Origin: Kudoa neothunni
Lineage: Eukaryota; Animalia; Cnidaria
DNA length: 64,000 nt
Direction: 5' to 3'
Assembly (NCBI GenBank): GCA_964304625.1
Contig: OZ199840.1
Location: 7,231,635 to 7,295,634, forward strand
In this document: positions 53,081-64,000 of the stretch, piece after piece
Position numbering within the stretch: position 1 is the first letter of the stretch
How the letters are laid out: each line of letters starts with the position of its first letter
Translations under genes and position numbers: made by a program
The notes under the pieces: model-generated
Databases searched by the model: none
Told to the model about the DNA's origin: nothing
Seen by the model: the letters and a program-made list of their open reading frames with translations, nothing else

Positions 53081-55338
53081 ATGCGATGGCATAAATTGGT
53101 GTCCCACGAAAGGAATATAATACCGAATAAAAGATTTTTAAATTTTAATATTCATGACAACACTCCTTTTTACATCACACGAGGCCATATTATCAAAACC
53201 TATTGTTTGGACTACGATTACGATCGAATTCCCAACAAATTGGCTGCCTATTGTAAACTAACCAAAACTCATCATCATGGTGTCCATGATTTATCTGATA
53301 ACAACCTTATAAACACCAAATACACCAATATAGATGATATAAGTAGACGCTTTGAAGCCAATTTACGGATGAACGTGTCCACTAGAGGAATTCAAGGTGT
53401 AGAATTTAAGTATATGTATTTGGCTCTGTTAGAATTTCTTATAAATGAAATGATCACACAACAAACCGACCAGGACACTCTATCCAATGAGAACATTGTG
53501 ATGGAATACAACTCTGAGATTGAGGGTCATTTGTGCAACGATTTGAACATGTTTTCCACTAGGTTTAAATCACCTTTGATAATTCGTGGTCACAAAACGT
53601 TAAATCCATTTACTGGTATTGTTCTATCGTAATTTCTACCTAAATTATTAACAATAATTGGTTAGATCGTAAAGTTGTTTATCCGATCGACTGTAAACAG
53701 TATTATGACGCCCAAAATGTAGTTTATCATTTGCAATACTTGAGAAAAGGCAGTGTGACCAAAGATTGTCTCGAAGATTACGCTGGATTTGCCGTTATAC
53801 CTGACCGAAGAGAACGTGTATTTAAAAAACCTCAAGTAATTGGTAAAGTGCCGATTTCATGTTTTCCCCGACTTATAGTTGTTAAAGCAAAGTGCTTTCT
53901 TTAAATTTTTAGTTTAGTAATCTTTTTCTCTACATAGATATTCACATCAAGTTCCTGATCTTAACGACTATTTGGACAGTTTGGTGGCGGGAAATATTGT
54001 TGTTGCATTTAATACGTTGTCAACTTTGATTGGCAAAATGTTCAGAGAATGTGAGGATTCGGAAGGATGGGGCTATGGGCATGGTCTTGAATTGGATAAA
54101 CCTTTCTCCACCATCGTTTTGGTTTGTTTTAGGGCGATATAACATAGCAATAATAGCTTATGTTTAGTGTATCAATCAAAAAGGTTGCGCCATATTAAAC
54201 TATCAACTTAACACTCTCTCAACACTTAACAACGAAGTTGGAATAATGAATCAATCTTGGTCCTCTGAATTTTTCGAGTTTACCACACCTTCGAATATAA
54301 CCAACTGCGTTAAACATCTTTTAACTAGTCTTTACAACGTTTATTATTATGATTAAATGATTATTTTTCCGGATGCTTTTTTGATGTTTATTTTTGCGGT
54401 TAAGATTATTGTATAATGAGGTGCCTATTTTAAAATTCCTTGAATACGCTTGCGCAATATTGTTTTCGAATGAGCTATATGAAGCGCTTGCTGGTTGCAG
54501 GAGGCTTGGGCAGTACTTACTACTCGTTTGTCCAACTAGCTCTTGCCAAAGGTTACAGTGTTACCGCATTACTTCAGAATCCAACTTTTCTTGGAAGCAT
54601 TAAGTAGTAGTCCGTTATTACGCTAGTTTCGTAAATATCCAACACATCTATATATATATATATATGTAGAGTTCCACCACGATTGAACACACCTAGAGAG
54701 TATCAGTCAATAATGATTTTTCGTGTTTTTATAGCTTTTTTTACTTTTTAGCTTTCCCACTCTCAAAGTGGAATATACTCAAAATTATGATGCGGAATTA
54801 ATTGACAAAATGGCGGCGGTTTTATTTATCAACTACACTGAAGATGTAATAGTCCCAAATGAATATTTTGAAATGGTTGAACAAATAGTACCCTCTATGC
54901 TTTCGTAATTGTAGTGCACATTTATTGGATTAAGTAATTTTTATATCTAAGTCACAATGTTAAAAAATTAGCTCTGGTTGCTTCGGATGGGCCCATGATT
55001 GATGAGACCCTCCAAAATATATTGGATTTTGTTCATCCTATACCACAAATCAACGAGACTGTTATCAAATATAACCGAAATAAAAACCTTGGATCTCAAG
55101 TGGATCTTAAACCCAAAGAGTATTCAGGATATACAAACGTATCCCCAGGTTTCCAGTACCAACTGCCAACCACAGATCAAGGATACATGCATCCATGTCA
55201 AGTTGCTCCTGTTGTTATGGATGCCATTGAATATTCGAAACATGATAAAAAAGTATTAAGCGTGTGTAGACCTGCAAGGTACACTGCTTAAAATTATATC
55301 TCATCTAGCACTTTTATCGTGTGTTTTTGCCAGTCTGA
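53081..55338 (+). CDS. MRPS30: Mitochondrial ribosomal protein mL65/MRPS30-like (PDCD9 family), multi-exon; start uncertain
   Basis: Spliced FAVIPDRRERVF, GWGYGHGLELDKPFSTIVL|CINQKGCAILNYQLNTLS and NYDAELIDKMAAVLFIN resemble MRPS30 FHLLPDKLRRERL, GFWSEADVTRPFVSQAV...FCYQLNTLAL and GFNDDVLLQIVHFLLN. Last exon HFYRVFLPV*. Confidence 0.65.
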
Positions 55339-57379
55339 GTACAATTGCGTGTCTAATGCATGTTTAAATAACATTATGTGTTTCGCAGTGAAATAAATAA
55401 TATATAAATATATCATGTGTTTAAATTGTTTGATTTTATAATATCTGGTTATCAACCCGCTAATGCAGGAGTTCTCTAGGGGGTAAATTTAAAATGAAGG
55501 AGAATAAATTAAGTAATATCAAAATTGGATGGGGGAAATTTTTGCATAATGAGGTTTGTAACGTATCTAATGATTTCTAAGGAAGTATATTATTGGGGGC
55601 TATTAAACTCAATAATAAGTTGGCAGAAATTCTTAAAATATTTTAAAGAATAAGTATTAAACAAATATTATAAAACTATGGTAAGTCTCTTTCTTTTATG
55701 GCTCGTTTATTTTTTGGTGATGTAATCTAATAATAATACTCAAAATGGCTATATGCATGGTAAATAATATTTTGATGTTACTAGTTTTGACAATTTTTAA
55801 TTATATCTCACCCTTGAGAAGGAAGGGCTAGAAATAATTGAATGTAGAAAAATCTACAAAAATTATATCTATAGACAGCTTGTGAGTTAGAGTTGATGAG
55901 ATTAAAAATTGTCATTACACAAACGTACGTGCCTTTTAGGATTAGAAGTTACCCTGTAAATAGGCTCTGTCAAAGCTAAATCAATATAAAACCTTAAAGT
56001 AAATACGGATTTGGTTTCCAAGTTAAGGGGGTAAATTTGGATTTTTCACCGGCAGAAGAGGTGAATTTGAAAAAACGGTTGAGAACCCTTGCTCTAAGGT
56101 ATCAAAACATGAACTACCTCCAAAAATGTTGGGGTGAAATTCACTCCAGAACTTTTTAAAATATATTTAACCATAAAATGTAATGAATTTATTCGTAAAA
56201 TATTACATGATTCGATGGATTACATACAGAGAAAAGGTGTCATTACTTTCATTAATTATCTTCATAAAATCTTACACGGCATAAGTCGACAATTCTTCGA
56301 TAACGCACCAAAGTAAAACAGGTAACTAGGATGTATTGTATTGTATTTTAATTTATAACTTAGTTAATTTTTATAATATGAGGAGTTAAGATAGAATTCC
56401 TTTTGGACAATTAATACATTTCTTGAATGAATAATTAAGGAAAAATTATGGTAGGGTGAATTTCACCCCAAAATCTTTGGAGGATGTTTTCTAATTTTTA
56501 ATGACTTCCTATATTTTTGTAAAAACCAAACACTTACAAATTTTACTTAAAATAAATTTATAGGTATAGAAATAATTTCATAAACATTAAAAAACAATGA
56601 AAAAATTTATGGCAGGATTAAAACTTGTTTAGAATGAGTTTCAATCCGAAAATCCTTAGAGGGTTAATGACCTTGCCAATGAGGTTTTTTTGTTTACAGT
56701 GTCGAACCCTAGCCTAACTTGTTAGGTTGTGAACTTGGGGCTGGTTAGACCTTCTCCTTTTACATTTTAGGCGCCATAATGTCATATTAGGGCGACTTAC
56801 CTTTATGACAATGTTTCCCTACAAATTTTACACTCGTACCTCCATGCTAATTTCCCCACTCACTTCGAATCCCCTCCTCCGTGCGAAGGTCAAGGCTTAG
56901 TTTTACCTATTATTTAAATGTGAAAATAATAATACCAAGAAAAACATTATTGAATTATACTTTTTATTATTTTAACTTGCTAATTTCCCGAATTATTTTT
57001 GAAATGCATTAAATAAAATAAATTTTACTGGTTAACTTAATTTTCTACGCATAATTGAAAAAGATAAATATCTTTTTCTGCCTCATTTCTTAACACTCAA
57101 CGATTGAAGCTATTATTCATCTTTGTTTGAACATACCATTTTTATGTAAAGTAAAAAACAATTCTGATTAAAAAATGTCATTATAATAATTTCAAAATAT
57201 TAGAAACAAAAAATTTATATAAAAGTAATACTGGATTATACTAATAAAAATTATAGTCGCTTGATTAAGTTCTGTACTTAGAGGAGCAATTTGAATATGC
57301 CAAATAATTATAACCAAATCATATAGTTCACAAAAAACTCACCATTTCAAACAAAAATGTAATTTGATATTTAATTGAT

Positions 57380-58288
57380 CTGGTGGCTTTCTCGCTCTCG
57401 TCGGCCTCTGATAAGTAATCCAAAGCGTGGCACATTATTTTAGATGATATTTGCAAATCGTTTGGGGGTTCAGGGAATTCCGATACTCTTTTTTGCATAC
57501 AATAAAGACGAGAAGCCTACCTCACATACCATCTTGTGCTGAAAAACATAGCGAATTCCTTATTCTATATTGAGTCAGGTTTTAATTTAAACATTGAGGC
57601 AAGGGGTTATGAAAAATTCAGAAAATTCAAAACAGATGCCTTATTAATGTATATGAATAAAAATAACTTATTATTCTGTTAAAATTAGCATTCATTTATT
57701 TAAGTGTATAAATGAATGCTCTGATTTTTGTTGTATCAACATTTTTAAAGAGCATTTAGCTAAAATTCATATCAGAGGTCAGGTACAAATTCGAGCATAA
57801 AACTTAAATGTAACAATAAAGAATATATAATTTAATGATGGATTTCAAATTCAGATAGATGACAAAGTTTAAACCACATGGTAGTTTTATGTTAAATGAT
57901 GCACATTATTTTAAGTAGATAAAAATGCCGACAAACTAATCACAGCATAAAAATAAAAATGTTACTTTAAAAGACAATACAGTTACGATTTTATATGAAA
58001 ATAGCGAGTGGTACATTTTGTAGGTTGAATAGGCTTGATATAAACTATTTCTTTACTTCACATTTCGTAGAATTAAGTAAAATAAATTTCCAAATCACAT
58101 TTTTTGAATAGAAACAAATTGATGACAAAACGACTAACAATATCACACGCATAACGTCCTCACATAATTTAAACGGGGACTAACAAAAATTACGAAGTGG
58201 ATATACTAAGATTAATCTTTAAATTTATTCTAGAACGACTCCCGCATCCCCAATGATGGCTCTTCACACCTCGTGTAGGGAAACACTG
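57380..58288 (-). mobile_element. Remnant hAT end related to 41039-42454
   Basis: CTCCCGCATCCCCAATGAT...TAGGGAAACACTG (58238-58288) resembles the terminus at 42405-42454. Confidence 0.5.
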
Positions 58289-58291
58289 GTT

Positions 58292-58662
58292 TGTGCGGTA
58301 GTGTGGGATTTTAACCCACTAAACATCCTCGTTTTGGAGCAACCACTACCCCGACTATACCTTGAATTAACTCAGAATTAGTCTGGGAAAGTCGTCTGAA
58401 TGCGGGCGTCGACATGACGGAAAACACCTATTGGGGTTTATTTCGTTCCTGTATCCCGACGTTTATGATCGCCCCGGTTCTACCCTTCCACCAGGCTCCC
58501 CTCCCAGCTGCAAAAGCAAGGTCACGATAAATTGTAGATCCTTGCGATTACTACAGCCTTCCTACATAATTTCGGATTAGAGGTACGGGAACGCCCTGAC
58601 TAGGCTTCGAATTCGCAACCTCGCGGTATGCGATCTCGACCTAACACCACTATGACATATTG
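58292..58662 (-). mobile_element. Probable tRNA-derived SINE
   Basis: GC-rich ~370-nt island. The minus-strand head has a degenerate A box (TGTCATAGTGG) and B box (GAATTCGAAGCC), and the tail ends TTTAGTGGGTTAAAATCCCACACTACC. Confidence 0.55.
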
Positions 58663-58859
58663 TCCAGGCTTATTTGCTAATGAGGAAGACATTCGCGCTC
58701 TCCTTATAATGGATGTGCTCGGCCCCATAAGACGGATTTGATAACTGAGGTTGTATATTTAGGCCATCACAAGCTCTTGTTTTTGTCGCCGTAATCTCTT
58801 TTTTTAAATCCCATTGAGGAGTTAAAATCAAGTGAAAACTACCATGAGAAACAGATCTC

Positions 58860-59620
58860 CTCGAAATCAAAATAAGTGGTTTCCGCCATTATGGAGAGTC
58901 CAACAAAAATTTCTGCTCATAGAATAATTATTCAAATTATTCCAAAACACATTTTCCAAGATGCACAAATTTCTAGCTAAAAAAATGTTTCTATTTGATT
59001 TTATCCAGTTGTCATTTAGATCTTGAAATAATGTGTACAAATCAGCCCGATGCATTATGCATTCCCTTGGGTTAGCGCAAATTAGTGTTTCATAGAGCCG
59101 TTGTCCAAAAGAATCAATGAATCGACCCCCTGGTCGTTAATCAACTCAATGAGTTGTAATTTTATGCTGAGTTGGTAATGGAGATTGGATACAGATAAAT
59201 TTAATTCATTAAAGGTATGTTTATTCTCAAACCTTGTTCCCGAAATCCGTTCGTACATCAAAAATCTGGGGCATCTTTAAATCCAGATCTTTACGTATAT
59301 AAATTAGGCCAAATCTCACGACATTAAATGATATCATGGTAAGGAGTTTGAAGGATGTACAAGCGTTGTGGGTCGAACCGTGACAAATGGACTTACAACA
59401 TCACAAACGGCTTTGATAGCTTCTTCAGATCAACGAAAGCAGCTAAAAATTGATCGAGGAGTTTCCGGGAACTTGCGAATTAACTTTATTGATTATATTA
59501 GCGAAAATTACGATCAGGAGAGATTTTAAAGAGTTACACAGCGGTGGAGACAATCCAAGAGTTTTTAATTTAAGTTGTGGTCGAAGTTGATCCAGCAAAC
59601 AGTAGGATTTAAAGGTGATA
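58860..59620 (-). pseudogene. Possible highly decayed non-LTR retrotransposon RT fragment
   Basis: Only weak relics such as KTLGLSPPLCNS, with many stops. Confidence 0.2.
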
Positions 59621-60389
59621 TCGCATTTTATAAACTGTCATCAACACACAATGTTATGAATTCAAAAAAACACGCGAAAAACACACACGAGTAATCAATA
59701 AACTATATGGGTAGGTAGAGTTTTGTATGTGTATTATGAGCTACAATGCTAAGTGCAAAGAGAGTTGTCGTTTACTTTGATCTCTCTCTCATCTTTCGTC
59801 TCTTACGCTTAAGTCTACAACGAAACAAATAAGACATCGCAGAAACAATAAATTAATACCTCTTCATACGCTTCTTTCTCCACTAAAAGGAAAAATTAGC
59901 CGTAGAAAAAATAACGCAGAACTACCTTATCCCTCATTGTGCAACTGTCAGAAATGAGGCTGCGTGAAACGAACTTTTTCGATAAGTAACGAAGGCATAT
60001 GTTGTCCAATTTTCACAAAGCAGTGCACTCACCTCAAAAATTCAGTTCCATTTTACGTAACATTAATGTCAGGTTATATTGTATAAATCTTTTTGCTATC
60101 AATAAACCAGATATAACTATTTTATGTTATCGACTATTTCCGATTATAATTGGAAATAACCGACTATTTCATGAGGTGTGGTTGGCGATTATTGGAATCG
60201 CGTTTTAACAATATTCGATTACTAAAAGTTATAATATAGTTACCTTATATGATAAAACTGTTTATATTCACTTTTGAGTGTTATTTTGGGGGAAAATATA
60301 TTTGGATCCCCAAATTGTGTTGGTGGACCCGGCTTAGTTGGGGAAAAGGATTATGCGGTAATAGATCGGTCGTACGTAACCCCTTTGGG

Positions 60390-62040
60390 CAGACGTGGAC
60401 AAACTACGGCCCGCGAGAGATTCCAATACCAATCGCCAACAATTTTTTTTATTTCTAATAAATTTAAATTTATGCACCGAATTATCATAATTAAAATGCT
60501 TATTTTAGTTTAAAGAACTTTAATGTACATTTTATTTAATAGTTTTAAAATAATTCATCACGAACGTCATGTCTGAGTGAATTAAGTATTAAAATTCTAA
60601 TATTGATACAAACAATCGTTCTAATAGAGGATATAGTTTAAAAAATAAGAAATAATTGCATTAAAAATCATTTCATATCATAACGTAATTTCTAAATATT
60701 AACTTTTACGTTTGAGCCATAAAGGGGTCATCGATAAAAGGAGTATCTACTATATACATGAAGCTGAAGTGCCGGTGTGTGTTTGTCAGCAAGCACGCAT
60801 GTGCGTCAAAATATTTTCCTTATAGAGAGACATTTATGAAATATTTTAAAAATCACAATTTATCGAAAAATCTTTAAATCGTTTTCACTCTACCAAATGT
60901 TCCCAAAAGTTTTTAGAAAATAGTGATTTTGTCAATTCAAAATTTGGTTATCGGATTACTTGAGTTCAACAATAGGATTAGCACCTGTTTTTGTCGTGGT
61001 AATGTTTAGTTGAAGTTAATTTTCCTCCTTATATGCTCTATTAAATGTCAATTAAGCGATGCCATCTATCTTTATGTATAAGGTTGGCGTGTACGTTTTG
61101 GTATTTGTGCAAATACACTCCTTATTCGGGGAGTTTTAACGTATTTGACTTGATAAACACATATTGAAAGTTCTATTAATGGTTTAAAATATGAGAAAAA
61201 GTCTAGGTTTGCATCGTGAATAGCGATTTGGTAAGGAATTCTATAATCAGATAGATTTAAGCTTTATGATACACGAACCATGTCCGTACATTCCATTGAA
61301 ATCGGCCGCTATGTTGAACTTTCAGTGATTAAATACAATGCAGATGGTTTTACTCTTACTTCATCTGATTATATAAATTATTTATGTTAATATTGACGCA
61401 ACTTTTAGTTGTTTGGGATAAGTGCACTAATGTTTATGTCGGGCCAAGCGATGCCAATTTTAGCAATATCAATTAATTTCATACGTTTTCTTCTATCTCT
61501 ATTATTATTTCTATTTTGTTTTCTCTTAAGAAGTTAGTGGTGCACGCAGTTACCGAGCCGGGCCAGAATTCGACTTTAAAAATCCTCGGGGCCAAAAAAT
61601 AACGTTTGGGGTAACATCCGTACAAAGATATGCAGCGATGGCTATCTTTATACATTCTCACAAACTTGCAAAACATAACAAGGCATTCTCGGGTAGGGAG
61701 TTTATTATAGAATGGTTTATGGATGCTGTTGTGTGCCGTGAAGTCATCTCGAAAATTGAAGCTATTCCTCTATCATGAAGAACAATTGTTCGACGAATTG
61801 AAGATATTTCAAAAAATTTCCCACTTTGAGTACTATTCTATTGCTTTGGACGAAAGTGCAAGTGCTACCGATACCGCTCAATTACTCATTTTTATAAAAT
61901 GAATTGACCATAATTTCGAAATTACCAAAGAGCTCTGATCAATTGAATCCTTGAAGAATACCACAACTGGACAAGATCTTATTGATAACATTATAAATAT
62001 TTTGAACAGTTCTGATTTAAGATTGGAAAAAATCACGAGT
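60390..62040 (+). mobile_element. Degraded hAT (SPIN/GTF2IRD2-like) element
   Basis: Terminus CAGACGTGGACAAACTACGGCCCG; transposase relic YYSIALDESASATDTAQLLIFI...FEITKEL...LKNTTTGQDL (61830-61980). Confidence 0.65.
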
Positions 62041-62223
62041 GTCTAGAATTGCAAATTTTGGGATTTTTATTTTTTTTAATTTGTTATATTATTCGTTCTC
62101 ATTTTATTTTGAGAGGTAATTAACATTCTTAGATTAACTTTGTGCTCTGTTTGGGCATGTTTATGAATTCTCTTATCAATAATGAATTAACATTTTTCTC
62201 AAAAATAAATGTACTTTTTCACT

Positions 62224-64000
62224 TTATGATCCTGTTTTTATAATCCGTCTGCATCCACGACCATCGTTCAACATACGTGAAAGAAGACACAACTTCTTGC
62301 TTATTTGGAAGTCGGTGGGCGAATTGAAATGCATTTGGAGCACTCGGAGAAAGATCATTATGGTCGTCATTGTTATAGTATTTCATATTCTAAAATAAAT
62401 ATTTGGTGAAAAATCGAACCGTTATAAAAATTTGTTGTCCCCCGAAATCCCGAAATTTGCAAGTCTAAGAGAGGACATCAATATAAACCACACTACTATG
62501 TATCTACAACATGTGTCTATGTTTATCCTTCATTTTTTAACCAGCTACTACATTGATTTAACTACAAAAACTTACTAATTGTTTAATCGTGGTAAAAAAA
62601 GAAAGAAAACGTTTAATTTAATCACGCGGTCAGAGCAATAAGATACGTATGACCGATCCCCCCGTGACTTTATTTTTAGTTTTTTCTTACTAATTATGTT
62701 TATAAATTATTTAATGAGAGTAAAAATAACATTAAATCATTTTAAATACGATAGAACCTTTTAATGTGTAAAATAACTAATGTACGTACGACCGGTCCAC
62801 TACCGTATAAATACCGAGGTGACCAGTGGTGTTGCAGTTCCACAGTTTTCATACACGTGCCGCCCCTGGTTCGTAGCATTGCCTGTGTTTAACTTAAGAA
62901 TAACAATACAGTTAAAATCTTGTCAACCTTTTTTTAGTTCTATTAGAATACATACAGAGAAAAAAAATTAGTTTGAAATTATGATCAATAATATGTATAT
63001 TAATGTTTAAACTTGTAAAAATGGATAATTGGAATTGTTCGTCACACATGCTATAAATAATATAATAGAGTTGATACGAATCAAAAAAGAATTTAATAAG
63101 CAACCATTGAACTTTTGTAATGCAATAGTTTTAAATAATTATATTATAAGGGTTAAGAGAGACTATTTTTGTTTCTTATGGGCTAGGGTGTAACAACGAG
63201 TTCTTTTGGTACCTGAAGGAATTTTGTTCGGTGCTCCCTATTTTAGTATAATAAACCTAACTTAAAAAAATACTATAATACTTTCTCAAATAGTATAATC
63301 GCATTTTTTTGATGAGGATCAAACTAACAATAGTCAAGCTAACACCACATATGGCTACACCGATAATAATGGATTGGAGTTTTTTCCATTTTTTATTTTT
63401 TCTTCTAGATATAGATTCGAGGGATGCTTGGTAGCCATCTACTCGACCGGTAAATATGTAAATGAAATAAAAATTTACTTGGTGAATTTCCACAAAAATT
63501 AATCTTATTAATGGAGAATGGTGCCATGGTTAGAATGCTTAAATAGTTACCGCGAATAATGCTAAATTTTTCTTGGTCCCCGTATAAAGAGTTCTGACAA
63601 GCACATGTGATGTTTTCTATCAGACGATTTTTAGGAGGAGATAAGTTATTCAAAACTTCAATGAATAGCAATTTTGAAAATATTCCACTAAAGTAATCTG
63701 ACTTTGAATGCGAGTATGACGAAGGGGACACAATTATATGGGACGAATCAACATTCTCGTCCGTTAATTCGAACCACAACGAAGAGCTACAAAGTTTCTT
63801 TATATCAGTAGGACAGTGATGGTATAATTTAAGTTCCAAATTTGTTTTTATAGTAAGTGGAAGTGGAAGGATAGATTTAGACAATATCAACATCATGGGA
63901 ATTTGCTATTGAAGAATAAAATCGTAGGAAAAATAAAAATCAAACTTGTTGATAAAGCAGGGATTCATATTTGTCATCCTTTTCCCATTGGTAATTATGA
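62224..64000 (-). CDS. Unknown single-pass membrane protein, multi-exon, 5' end beyond the window
   Basis: A 163-aa open exon (63405-63896), a TM exon (IIIGVAICGVSLTIVSLILIKKMR), and small GT-AG-bounded downstream exons including HVYENC. The 3' exon structure is tentative. Confidence 0.5.

Noticed and set aside
55450-56670. Possible piggyBac-like MITE with GTGAAATTCAC-type palindromes
   Set aside because: Only the right end (GAGGG|TTAA) is clear, and the boundaries could not be supported.

Overview
AT-rich eukaryotic (animal) genomic DNA. Genes are compact, with mostly ~40-70 nt GT-AG introns, and are separated by dense, often nested transposon debris. Hand splicing supports seven host genes: integrin beta (5'-truncated by the window), TMEM9, NEMF, a BAR-RhoGAP (ARHGAP17/44-like), a LAP1/LULL1-like protein, MRPS30-like, and an unknown single-pass membrane protein running off the right edge. 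Mobile DNA includes an unusually compact 3.84-kb Gypsy with ~90-bp LTRs and a clear -1 frameshift signal, nested in a hAT element. There is also a near-intact Merlin (IS1595-like) element, plus piggyBac, hAT, MULE, Tc1/pogo and SINE remnants. The most intriguing unexplained locus is a ~400-nt structured minus-strand unit (3015-3422). It lies between a TATA box and a T6 tract and carries a telomerase-type template (CUAACCCUAACC) and an H/ACA-like 3' half, making it a candidate telomerase RNA. Divergent animal genes with tiny introns suggest a fast-evolving parasite such as a myxozoan, but this is inference only. All homology calls come from remembered motifs, not database searches.
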